DNA of 64,000 nucleotides from an uncultured Christensenella sp. (GTDB taxonomy: Bacteria > Bacillota > Clostridia > Christensenellales > UBA1242): contig CAOJZM010000003.1 in the NCBI GenBank assembly GCA_948466185.1, forward strand, positions 2,578 through 66,577, written 5' to 3'. Position 1 is the stretch's first letter; the number at the start of each line of letters is the position of its first letter. Shown one piece after another: positions 19,908-28,714 of this stretch. Below the pieces are notes generated by a model. That model made no database searches. It was not told where the DNA came from and saw only the letters and a program-made list of their open reading frames with translations. The position numbers and the translations under genes were made by a program.

Positions 19908-20804
19908 ATGGGAATTTTTAAAAAAATTGGACAAGCACTCAAGAAAACTCGCGAGGCATTTACTCGTCGAATAGATTCACTACTTAGCCATGGTGAACTT
20001 GACGATGATTTCTATGATGAACTGACAGATATTCTTATTTCTTGTGATATTGGGGTAAGAACAAGCATGGATATCGTGGATAGCCTTCGTGAAAAAGCCC
20101 ACAAAACAAAGTTAAGAACAAGCGAAGATGTACGCAATGCTTTAAAAGATATCTTAACAGAAGAATTTGAAAATCTTGCCAAAATCGAGATTGAGTATCC
20201 CGCTGTTATCTGTATAATCGGAGTAAATGGCGTTGGTAAAACAACCACTATTGGCAAGCTTGCAAATTTCTTTAAATCAGAAAAAAAAGAAGTGACACTT
20301 GTTGCAGGGGATACCTTCCGTGCTGCAGCAAGTGACCAGCTTACCGAATGGGCAGACCGTACAAAAACACGTATAATCAAGCAATCTGAGGGTGCTGATG
20401 CTGCTGCAGTGGTATTTGATGGTATCACCAGTGCAAAAGCCAAGAAAACGGATGTGCTTCTTGTGGATACTGCAGGTAGACTTCATACAAAAACCAACTT
20501 AATGGAGGAACTTAAAAAGATAGATAAGATAATTAATCGTGAATATCCAGAGACCCACAAATATAACTTTATTGTTCTTGATGCCACCACTGGTCAAAAT
20601 GCACTGTCTCAAATTAGTGCATTTAATGACTTTGTGCAAATTGATGGTATTATTCTTACCAAGCTTGACGGGACGGCTAAAGGTGGGGTTGTTGTTGCTA
20701 TTGAAAAAGAATATCATCTTCCTGTTGTATTTATTGGCACAGGGGAAGGAAAAGATGATATAGAACTTTTTAACAGTAAAGAATTTGTGGATAATTTATT
20801 TTAG
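19908..20804 (+). CDS. ftsY: signal recognition particle receptor FtsY
   Basis: NG domain: GVNGVGKTTT, DTAGRL, TKLDGTAKGG. The ATG directly abuts the smc stop. Confidence 0.95.
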   Translation: MGIFKKIGQALKKTREAFTRRIDSLLSHGELDDDFYDELTDILISCDIGVRTSMDIVDSLREKAHKTKLRTSEDVRNALKDILTEEFENLAKIEIEYPAVICIIGVNGVGKTTTIGKLANFFKSEKKEVTLVAGDTFRAAASDQLTEWADRTKTRIIKQSEGADAAAVVFDGITSAKAKKTDVLLVDTAGRLHTKTNLMEELKKIDKIINREYPETHKYNFIVLDATTGQNALSQISAFNDFVQIDGIILTKLDGTAKGGVVVAIEKEYHLPVVFIGTGEGKDDIELFNSKEFVDNLF

Positions 20805-20829
20805 GTGCAATTATTAAGCACCTTTTTTT
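20804..20829 (+). terminator. rho-independent terminator
   Basis: GGTGC-aattattaa-GCACC followed by TTTTTTT. Confidence 0.7.
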
Positions 20830-20848
20830 ATTTTTATATCAAAAACAT

Positions 20849-20877
20849 TTGGTAAAAATATAAATATGCTTTATAAT
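20849..20877 (+). promoter_or_regulatory. candidate sigma-A promoter of the surface-protein gene
   Basis: TTGGTA (20849-20854), 17-nt spacer, TATAAT (20872-20877). Confidence 0.45.
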
Positions 20878-20908
20878 AAAAACAACAAAATAAAGGAGAA
20901 AGGAAATT

Positions 20909-21977
20909 ATGAAGAAAGCAACAAAAGTTGCCGGAGTCATAATATCCCTGATTTCCCTTCTGTCAGGAGGAATAATAGGACTCTTGGCGGGGGGGGATTT
21001 TTGACTCTGGTAAAAATGAACAACTTAGGTTAGAAGAAACTCTTGCCACATCAACAAAAATAACCTATTGGGGAAATAGTGCCACATTATCTTACGCTGG
21101 CGGTAACGGTACCAAGTCAAATCCATATAAGATTCAAACTGCTGAACAACTGGCAAATTTCAGCAATTCTTCTATAACTGAAAATTATAATTATTCAGGT
21201 GTGTATTTCTCAATTGAGGCCGATATTGACTTGTCTGGGAAAGTTTGGTATTCAAGTTCGGATATGTTGGCATTTGCAGGAAACATAAATGGTAATAACC
21301 ATATTATAAAAGGGTTGACATGTTTTGGGGATGATAGACCTTCATTTATGAAATTTGTAAGAGGTGCAACCATTAAAAATATATATTTTAAAGATATATT
21401 CTTTCAAACATATCAGGATGGAGAGGATTTTGCTGGTCTTTTCGCATATACATACAATACAGAAATATCAAATATTGTTGTTGATAATATAACTATTCAA
21501 GATGATGACGGGATTCCAGACTTTGCAATAGGGACAATAGCAGGTAAGGCCGAGAGTTCAACGATTACTAATTGTTTGGTTAAAAATGCCAAAATTATCT
21601 CCACAACGACAAGCAGTACAAATGGATATATAGGTGGCTTAATTGGACAAACAACTTCGGGTACAAGTGTTACAAATTGTTGTGCAATTAATGTGATATT
21701 AACAGCTATGACCTCAGGAAAAACTTTAAATTCCCTTGTTGGCGGCTCTGCGGGAACTATAACCGGTAGCTATGCCGATGCCGTGATATATAGCCCATCT
21801 AAAAGCTCGGTTGATAAAATGATTTATGGTTCTTCTTCAAATTTCGGCTCGTGGATGTATAGTCCAAATCTAAATGGCGGGTATCCAGTCCAAAAAGTAT
21901 TTCTGACAATAGGAGGCTCAAGCAGTCAAACTTCCTTCAGCCCAAGTTTACAACCATTTGGTGAGTTTGGGATTTAG
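20909..21977 (+). pseudogene. GLUG-motif secreted/cell-surface protein gene interrupted at a G8 homopolymer (frameshifted or phase-variable)
   Basis: ATG 20909 with RBS AAAGGAG encodes a 31-aa signal/anchor peptide that ends at TGA 21002, just after GGGGGGGG (20989-20996). The frame one nt further downstream (+1) is open from 20976 to 21977 and contains GNGTKSNPYKIQTAEQLANF and YIGGLIG motifs. Loss of one G fuses both parts. Confidence 0.7.
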
Positions 21978-21983
21978 TAATTA

Positions 21984-22005
21984 AGGTGCAAAAAGCACCT
22001 TTTTT
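21984..22005 (+). terminator. rho-independent terminator
   Basis: AGGTGC-aaaa-GCACCT followed by TTTTT. Confidence 0.75.
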
Positions 22006-22098
22006 CTTGTCCTAATTTAAAAGTACAAGCAAAAATCGACAAATTATAACATATATAAATCAGTAAGAGGCTTCAGCCTTGATTAAGGAGATTTATAT

Positions 22099-22809
22099 AT
22101 GATTTATGAAAGTTTTTCTGCATTTACTTCCAGAGTTTGTTGCTTCACCTCTTTTGTTAATACGTCACAAGGATTTCCTCACCCACTTTCTGCAAAGGAA
22201 GAAGAGAATTATTTTGTTAAATATAAACAACAAGGGGATATGACCGCCAGAGATGAACTCATAAATCATAATTTAAGATTAGTTGCCCATATTGTAAAAA
22301 AATATCAAAATTCATTAGAGGCAGATGATTTGATTTCAGTGGGAAGTATTGGACTGATGAAAGCGGTGGACAGTTTTGACTACTGTAAAGGTGTAAAATT
22401 CTCAACTTACGCCTCACGTTGTATAGAAAATGAAATTCTTATGTTAATTCGTTCTAATAAAAGACACAAGGATGTGGTGTCTTTAAATAGTGTTGTGACA
22501 TCTAATGGCGATAAGGATGAGATTCTTCTTGAAGATGTTATTTCTGTGGATGATGACGATGATATAGTTCATAGCGTTGAAACAAGCTTTATGATGGATA
22601 AGGTCTTTGATGTAATGAAAAAGCATCTTAATCCAATTGAGCAGGAAGTTATAATATACCGGTACGGACTCAAGGGGAAGCCTATGCTTCCACAGAGAGA
22701 ACTTGCGGTGATGTTGGGATTGTCGCGTTCTTATATATCTCGTATTGAAAACAAAGCCTTAGATATAATTAAAAAACAAATGACAAAAAATGACGATGAA
22801 AATTCGTAA
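22099..22809 (+). CDS. sigK: sporulation sigma factor SigK (pro-sigma-K), uninterrupted
   Basis: GFPHPLSAKEEENY, HNLRLVAHIVKKY, STYASRCIENEILM, SRSYISRIENKAL match B. subtilis sigma-K more closely than sigma-E. A short hydrophobic pro-sequence is present. Confidence 0.85.
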   Translation: MIYESFSAFTSRVCCFTSFVNTSQGFPHPLSAKEEENYFVKYKQQGDMTARDELINHNLRLVAHIVKKYQNSLEADDLISVGSIGLMKAVDSFDYCKGVKFSTYASRCIENEILMLIRSNKRHKDVVSLNSVVTSNGDKDEILLEDVISVDDDDDIVHSVETSFMMDKVFDVMKKHLNPIEQEVIIYRYGLKGKPMLPQRELAVMLGLSRSYISRIENKALDIIKKQMTKNDDENS

Positions 22810-22865
22810 CTTTAAATTTTATATAAAAACTTTGTATTTTTCTTGGTATTTTATTTCAATTTTGC

Positions 22866-22894
22866 TTGCAATTTCAAATTTTAATACTTATACT
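22866..22894 (+). promoter_or_regulatory. candidate sigma-A promoter
   Basis: TTGCAA (22866-22871), 17-nt spacer, TATACT (22889-22894). Confidence 0.4.
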
Positions 22895-22915
22895 AAAAAA
22901 AAGGGTTAAAATAAA

Positions 22916-24277
22916 TTGAAAAAGGAAGAATTTTATAAAATTGTTGAGAAGTTGATTTTGCCTCTCTTCACTGGATCATTCGTCAGTGGAGAGGAGGTTT
23001 CTTCATCACGTGATAATGAAATTGCATATGGTAAACAAAATTCACTCCTTATAAAACCAAATAAGGCAGAAGAATATCGTCTAGTTCTTAAACGCGGACA
23101 ACCCTTTAAAAATTTGGAAGTCAACCTTCTTAAGTCAATTTTAAAAGAAATTAATGATATAAGTGAACTAAGCATAGAGGATGAAAATTATATTTCAAAT
23201 CTCCAGTCTTATGCATTAGAAAAGGCGATTTGTTCAAGTATAAGTGATGAAAAAACATCGTCAACACTTATTGGTATAGTAAACGAACTTGCAAAATGGG
23301 CAAGCCGCACCTATGAAGGAAAAAAGGTTACCCTAGGTTTAATTATAAATGAAGCCGTTTCAAGTGAAGCTGAGGCTTTGCATTATTCCAACATTTTCAA
23401 TAAGGACTTTTTTGCACTCCTTTCTGATGGTAAACAATCTTTTGTGGAGTTTGATAAAGAGGGAAAACTTATTGGCTATGTTCAAATTTCTAAAATCCGA
23501 GCATATCCAACAATTTCGCCCCATGAATACGAGGTGATTGCACGTTATTGCAACGACCGCCGTATAGGTTTAATTTTGACTGAAAATGGCGAAGTCCTCA
23601 TATTTAAAAATCGTCAATTGCTTTTTTCAAAGAGAAGAGGAATATGGAATGTTTATTCACATGAAGAGGCTATTCAATTACTATCATATCGAGGCGGGTA
23701 TTCTTCAAAAGATATTCGAAAGGCAATATACTATACCGCACTGGATTGTGCGTATGAATACAGTGGTGGAATAATCGTATATTTGAGTAAGGACCTAGTG
23801 GAAAATGCCCTTGCCCATATTGATGCACACGACCTTTTGGATGAAAAATATTATGAGATTAAAAAGCGTTTAGAGCTGGAAAATGCCAGCAAGCTTTATA
23901 ATCTTCAAAACCTATCTTCTGTAGAGGAACTTTATTCGGCCCCTTATGATCAATTTTTGATTGAACAAAAGTGTTACAAGTCACAATGTTTAAGAAAGAT
24001 TATTGATGGGAAGCCTTTCCATGAACTTAATCGACAACTTCGAAAAGAACTTGCGGGAATTGATGGGGCAACTATAGTTGACTTTGATGGAACTATTGTT
24101 GCTGTTGGTGCAATACTTAAAATTGAAGCCGGAAGTGAGGGGGGCGGACGTCTTGCAGCGACCACAACTCTTGCCAGATATGGTATTTCTTTGAAAATAT
24201 CACAGGATGGCATAATCCAAGCGTTTTATGCAGACAGAAAAACAGGAAAACTTAAAAACTTATTTAATGTGGGATAA
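22916..24277 (+). CDS. hypothetical protein with C-terminal divergent DisA_N/diadenylate-cyclase-like domain
   Basis: 453 aa, TTG start. C-terminus has YSGGIIVYLSKD ... LAGIDGATIVDFDGTIVAVGAIL ... GGGRLAATTTLARYGISLKISQDGII. This parallels DisA NTGGLIVVG ... MDGAIIL ... [10 protein letters not shown] ... VIAISE. Confidence 0.6.
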   Translation: MKKEEFYKIVEKLILPLFTGSFVSGEEVSSSRDNEIAYGKQNSLLIKPNKAEEYRLVLKRGQPFKNLEVNLLKSILKEINDISELSIEDENYISNLQSYALEKAICSSISDEKTSSTLIGIVNELAKWASRTYEGKKVTLGLIINEAVSSEAEALHYSNIFNKDFFALLSDGKQSFVEFDKEGKLIGYVQISKIRAYPTISPHEYEVIARYCNDRRIGLILTENGEVLIFKNRQLLFSKRRGIWNVYSHEEAIQLLSYRGGYSSKDIRKAIYYTALDCAYEYSGGIIVYLSKDLVENALAHIDAHDLLDEKYYEIKKRLELENASKLYNLQNLSSVEELYSAPYDQFLIEQKCYKSQCLRKIIDGKPFHELNRQLRKELAGIDGATIVDFDGTIVAVGAILKIEAGSEGGGRLAATTTLARYGISLKISQDGIIQAFYADRKTGKLKNLFNVG

Positions 24278-24278
24278 A

Positions 24279-24301
24279 CGGAGTCATAAGACTCTGTTTT
24301 T
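24279..24301 (+). terminator. rho-independent terminator
   Basis: GGAGTC-ataa-GACTCT followed by GTTTTT. Confidence 0.6.
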
Positions 24302-24324
24302 CTATAGAAATAATTTTATTATAT

Positions 24325-24345
24325 TAAAAAAGGGCGTTACGCCCT
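24325..24345 (-). terminator. rho-independent terminator of rnpB
   Basis: Minus strand reads AGGGCG-taa-CGCCCT-TTTTTT, immediately 3' of the RNase P RNA. Confidence 0.7.
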
Positions 24346-24347
24346 AA

Positions 24348-24679
24348 TTCAGTTATGTTATAAGCCGAGTTCTGTATTAAACAGTCATCTATCTAGTTTA
24401 TTTGTTGCCAAATAAATCAAGCGGTACTTTTAAAGGTAAGGAGAGAACAAGCCTATTTACCTTTTTGACCTTGCTTCAGGTGGGGTTTACAGAGCATCGA
24501 TTATCACTAATCAACCGGTGGTCTCTTACACCGCCTTTCCATCCTTGCTCGCATATAGCGGGCGGTTTATTTCTGTTGCACTATCCTTAGAGTCGCCTCC
24601 ACTGGCCGTTAGCCAGCACCCAGTTCTCTTGAAGCCCGGACTTTCCTCATCTTACGATGCGACTGTCTGCATAACTGAC
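24348..24679 (-). ncRNA. rnpB: RNase P RNA (bacterial type A)
   Basis: Minus strand contains GAGGAAAGTCCGGGCTTC, GGGTGCTGGCTAACGGCCAG, AGTGCAACAGAAATAAACCGCCCG, GGCGGTGTAAGAGACCACCG and ACAGAACTCGGCTTATAA. P1 pairs CAGTTATG (5') with CATAACTG (3'). GC-rich island in an AT-rich genome. Confidence 0.92.
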
Positions 24680-24685
24680 ATTATT

Positions 24686-24714
24686 ATCTTATCATATTTT
24701 TCTTAAATTGTCAA
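24686..24714 (-). promoter_or_regulatory. sigma-A promoter of rnpB
   Basis: Minus strand has TTGACA (24714-24709), 17-nt spacer, TGa-TAAGAT (to 24686). A G at 24679, 7 nt downstream, coincides with the P1 5' end. Confidence 0.6.
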
Positions 24715-24758
24715 GGATTGTCTGTTTAAATCATTTTTACAATGGAAATAACTTTACC

Positions 24759-25985
24759 ATGAAAAAGAAAGAATATATTGACAAAATGGCAAACTTAATT
24801 GTTAGTCGTGTGAGATTTCATGCACCCGTCGTTTATGATGGAGAGGTGGATTTTGACATTTTAGACGTAATAGGGATTGATTCAAGCCTGCCAATTTTTA
24901 AATATGAAAAAGCCATTGATAAAGTTATGCTGGAAGTTTTTAAAAAGGCTCAAAGAGAAGTTAATTTTAATTTGATAACTACAGCGGAGCCATTAGTTAA
25001 ATCGCAAAAACTTTCCGTTCTTAAAAACTTCATCTACATCAAAGAAGAGGAACTTGGTTACAGTCTTTTATCAAGTATTAATGCTCTCAACATCAATTAT
25101 AAGTCTGGTTGTGAATTTGAAAAGGCAATTGAAGAAGATTATATAAAAATTAACGACAAATATATTAACCTTTGCTATAGAAATTATTTTCTCTATAAAA
25201 AGGAGAGTACAAATGGGGTTGTTTATGAGATAAAGGAATTTTTACTCAACGGTAAGAACTTTATTTTAAACTTTTCCAATCTGTATAACGAGAAAAAAAC
25301 ACTTACCTTTGAGATAAATGTTGTTCTCCCACGTGGTTACTACCGTTTTAAAAGAGAAAACAATGCTATTAAAATTGAAAGCCTTACAAGCAAAGAAGTT
25401 GCATATTTTAATTTTCTTTCCAAAAATGCAAAGTTCTATTTCTCAACTATTAGCGGTTTAGAAAGTTCCACTCACGCTTGTATCAACATGAGGATAAATG
25501 TTATGCTAAATCCAAAGGAGCAAAAGCGTTTTTATTTCAATTATGGCGAGAATAAATATTGCTTTTCATCAGCATCACAAGCGGAAGAATTTTTTGAAAT
25601 TTCACAAAAAAAGATGAATGAAATCTTCGATACAAAAGTGCTTACTTCCGATAAACAATTTGACAATAAGTTCAACGTCTACATTCCCCAAAAAATCTGG
25701 CTTTCATGGCTAAAAATGAGTAACGATGAAGAAAATGAAAAAGAGTATCTAAAAATAAAGGATTCCATTCTTCAAAAAACGGGAAATGGATTTAAAATTA
25801 ACGAGAATTTCAAGGGATTAAAACAGGTCGGAATCTACTTAAATTCCGGCTATAAAAGGGTTTTTATTGTTCCGGGAAATCAGAGATACATTCTGTCTGG
25901 CAAAACGAGGTTTTTTAACTTCAATTTGATATCACAAGAACTTTTTCAAAAAAATAACGAAATATATTTGTCTTTTGGAAGTTAG
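24759..25985 (+). CDS. hypothetical protein (408 aa)
   Basis: Long ORF with no recognised motif. The ORF-track start at 24708 overlaps the rnpB promoter, so the ATG at 24759 (MKKKEYIDKM) is preferred. Weak RBS. Confidence 0.6.
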   Translation: MKKKEYIDKMANLIVSRVRFHAPVVYDGEVDFDILDVIGIDSSLPIFKYEKAIDKVMLEVFKKAQREVNFNLITTAEPLVKSQKLSVLKNFIYIKEEELGYSLLSSINALNINYKSGCEFEKAIEEDYIKINDKYINLCYRNYFLYKKESTNGVVYEIKEFLLNGKNFILNFSNLYNEKKTLTFEINVVLPRGYYRFKRENNAIKIESLTSKEVAYFNFLSKNAKFYFSTISGLESSTHACINMRINVMLNPKEQKRFYFNYGENKYCFSSASQAEEFFEISQKKMNEIFDTKVLTSDKQFDNKFNVYIPQKIWLSWLKMSNDEENEKEYLKIKDSILQKTGNGFKINENFKGLKQVGIYLNSGYKRVFIVPGNQRYILSGKTRFFNFNLISQELFQKNNEIYLSFGS

Positions 25986-26005
25986 TTTGCTATACTAGGG
26001 CGGAA

Positions 26006-27274
26006 ATGGAAGAGAATATTCGAGTGCCTCTTGCACAACGCATGCGTCCTAAAAGTTTTGAAAATTTTGTTGGGCAGGAGCATATCGTAGGAAAAAATTG
26101 TTTGTTATATCGTGCGATTAAATATGGAACACTTGGTAGTTGCATCTTTTTTGGCCCTCCTGGAACCGGCAAAACAACCCTTGCAAACATAATTGCAAAA
26201 ACTTTAAAAGCCAACTATGTCAGACTGAACGCCGTGACAAGCGGGGTTGGAGAGGCAAAAGCAATCATAGAACAAGCAAAGCGTGAAAAGCAGATGTTCG
26301 GGACAGACACCTTTCTGCTTCTTGATGAATGTCATCGCTGGAATAAGGCTCAAAGTGATTGCGTTTTGGAGGCAATAGAGGAGGGAAGTATATTCTTTAT
26401 TGGTTCCACAACTGAAAACCCATACACCTCAATGACAAGGGCAATAGTATCAAGATGTAAGGTGTTTGAATTTAAATCACTTACAAGTAAGGATATTTTG
26501 AAGGCACTTAAGCGTGCACTTGATGATAAAGTGGATGGGCTTGGAAATATGCCAGTTGACATGGATGCTGATGCTTTAGAATATCTTGCTTTTGCATCGG
26601 GTGGGGATGCAAGAAGTGCTTTAAATGCTCTTGAACTTGCGGTTATGACAACGCCGATAGGTAAAAACAAGAGGATACATGTTGATAAACTTACAGCCAT
26701 GCAATCGATAGATAAGAAAGGCTTGGCTTTAGACGAGAGTATGTATTACGATAATCTTTCAGCCTTTTGTAAGAGTCTTAGGGGCAGTGATGCCGAAGCG
26801 GGTTTATATTATGCCATAAGACTTATTAAGGCAGGGTGTGACCCACTTATTATTGCACGTAGAATGGTTGCCCATGCCAGCGAGGATATAGGCATGGCGG
26901 ACAGTAACGCTTTGCTTTTGGCAATAAGTGCTTTAACAGCAGTGGAAAAACTTGGTCAGCCTGAATGTTTACTTCCACTTTCGCATGCGATAATTTATTT
27001 ATGCGAGGCGGAAAAATCAAATTCGGTTTATAAGGCATTACATATGGCACTTGACGATGTTGAGAATTGCATTGATAATCGTGTGCCAAATCATCTTAAA
27101 AATCATCCTAGTACAAACAAGGATGGCCATGGCAAATATAAATATCCACATGACTTTGGCGGCTATGTTAAACAGCAATATATGCCAGACTCATTGAAAG
27201 ATAGGGTTTATTATACCCCCGGTAAAAACGGACGGGAGAAAAATATAATACGAAAGAAAGGGAGAATAGAATAA
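26006..27274 (+). CDS. rarA: replication-associated recombination protein A (AAA+ ATPase MgsA/RarA)
   Basis: LAQRMRPKSFENFVGQEHIVG, Walker A GPPGTGKTT, LLDECHRWNKAQSD, the C-terminal MgsA helical domain, and YKYPHDF. Confidence 0.93.
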   Translation: MEENIRVPLAQRMRPKSFENFVGQEHIVGKNCLLYRAIKYGTLGSCIFFGPPGTGKTTLANIIAKTLKANYVRLNAVTSGVGEAKAIIEQAKREKQMFGTDTFLLLDECHRWNKAQSDCVLEAIEEGSIFFIGSTTENPYTSMTRAIVSRCKVFEFKSLTSKDILKALKRALDDKVDGLGNMPVDMDADALEYLAFASGGDARSALNALELAVMTTPIGKNKRIHVDKLTAMQSIDKKGLALDESMYYDNLSAFCKSLRGSDAEAGLYYAIRLIKAGCDPLIIARRMVAHASEDIGMADSNALLLAISALTAVEKLGQPECLLPLSHAIIYLCEAEKSNSVYKALHMALDDVENCIDNRVPNHLKNHPSTNKDGHGKYKYPHDFGGYVKQQYMPDSLKDRVYYTPGKNGREKNIIRKKGRIE

Positions 27275-28314
27275 TGTTTGGACTTCGTTATGATGGTAAA
27301 AAAGTAAAAAATATGAATATAATTGACAAGGCAGCCCCATTTTTTATGCCTCAGCGTATTGACGCAATTAACTATATAAATGTAAAGGTGCCTTGTTTAG
27401 CACTTGATAAATTTATTGTCGATGAACGCAAAAATGGCACACGTTTTACATATATGGATGTTGTTATTGCAACAATTGTAAGGATATTATATATGCGACC
27501 TAAGATGAATCGCTTTATTATGCGTGGTTCGACTTACCAGAGAAATGGAATATATGTTTCCCTTGATGTCAAGAAAGAACTTGTTGATGAAGGTGAGTCT
27601 ATGACCTTAAAATTCTGTTTTACTGGAAGAGAAAGCATTTATGAAGTTAAAAAAATCGTTGAGGATGAAATAGACAAAAATATGCATAGCGATAGTCACT
27701 CAACCACCGATGTTGCAAGTAAGTTTACCCATCTTCCTGATTGGATGTTCCGTTGGGCGATGGCCGTTGTAAGATGGTGTGATAGACATGGCCTTCTTGG
27801 TAAGCTTTTTGTTAAAGCAAGCCCATTCCATACAAGCTGCTTTTTAACTAATCTTAAATCCATTAAACTTAAATATATTTATCATCATGTTTATAACTTT
27901 GGTACAACCAGTATGTTTATCTCTATGGGCAAAGAAAAGATGGAGCCTGTTGTTGTAAATAATAAGGCTCTTGATATTGCAAAAATTATGAATCTCGGAA
28001 TCAGTCTTGATGAACGTATTGCAGATGGCTTATATATGGGAAAAACTTTAAGATTAATGGAAGATATTATTTCCAATCCGGAATGCTTGAAAGAGGGGCT
28101 GCCAGACGATGGTAAAATACCTACTAAGATAAAGAAAGTCAAGAAGGTAAAAAAAAGCAAGACAAAAAAAGTAAAAGCTAAGAAAGTTAAGCCAGAAAAG
28201 AAAGCTAAAAAGATTAAGCCTCTCAAAAATAAAGAAAAGGCAGAGAAAAAGGCTCATAAGAAAGATAAAGTAAACAAGAAAATTGAAGCTATGGAAAAAA
28301 TGGAAAAAGAGTAA
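27274..28314 (+). CDS. 2-oxoacid dehydrogenase E2 / CAT-like acyltransferase-fold protein with His-to-Glu motif change and Lys-rich tail
   Basis: GISLDERIADGLYMGKTLRLMEDIISNPECL aligns with the E2 catalytic motif S-x-DHR-x-x-DG...P. No lipoyl domain. About 70 aa of C-terminal K-rich low complexity. The ATG overlaps the rarA TAA (TAATG). Confidence 0.6.
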   Translation: MFGLRYDGKKVKNMNIIDKAAPFFMPQRIDAINYINVKVPCLALDKFIVDERKNGTRFTYMDVVIATIVRILYMRPKMNRFIMRGSTYQRNGIYVSLDVKKELVDEGESMTLKFCFTGRESIYEVKKIVEDEIDKNMHSDSHSTTDVASKFTHLPDWMFRWAMAVVRWCDRHGLLGKLFVKASPFHTSCFLTNLKSIKLKYIYHHVYNFGTTSMFISMGKEKMEPVVVNNKALDIAKIMNLGISLDERIADGLYMGKTLRLMEDIISNPECLKEGLPDDGKIPTKIKKVKKVKKSKTKKVKAKKVKPEKKAKKIKPLKNKEKAEKKAHKKDKVNKKIEAMEKMEKE

Positions 28315-28369
28315 AATTTGTTTTGTTTAAATGTTCTCTTATGTTATTATTAAAATATAGGGGTGATAA

Positions 28370-28714
28370 ATGAAAACAATTATATATTTTCTCTTATCCA
28401 TTTGTTCAATAATATATCTGGCTGTTTTAAGCGTGTTAAATATTTATGGCGCGGCAGTCGTTGCCACTTGGGGAGTCTGGGGAAGTATTTTATGTGGAAT
28501 AGGTACATATGGCGCCCTTGCAATTATATTTTTATTTGCGGTTGTTAACTTTTTTGGCAATCCAATAAAAATAGTATTCTTTGTTCTGTTAATTTTGGTA
28601 ATAATAATCTTTATAGTGACCTCCATTGTTCCAGATTTCTTCCGTGGAATCTTTGGAATTGGTGGAGCAGGTGAAGAGGGGGCAAAGGCAGTTATCTCAT
28701 GGCTAAATTTTTAA
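28370..28714 (+). CDS. small polytopic membrane protein
   Basis: 114 aa with 3 hydrophobic spans. RBS AGGGGTG. Confidence 0.6.
   Translation: MKTIIYFLLSICSIIYLAVLSVLNIYGAAVVATWGVWGSILCGIGTYGALAIIFLFAVVNFFGNPIKIVFFVLLILVIIIFIVTSIVPDFFRGIFGIGGAGEEGAKAVISWLNF

Noticed and set aside
24402-24706. Two overlapping + strand ORFs (24402-24590, 24518-24706) in a GC-rich patch
   Set aside because: The region is the RNase P RNA gene on the minus strand, with universal motifs, P1 pairing, its own promoter and its own terminator. The ORFs are artefacts of structured-RNA sequence.
28699-28714. 16-nt overlap between the small membrane ORF (28370-28714) and polA, considered as possible frameshift or fusion
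   Set aside because: The two are in different frames, each with a plausible start, and the polA N-terminus (MAKFLIVDGNSIANRAF) is canonical. Ordinary overlap.
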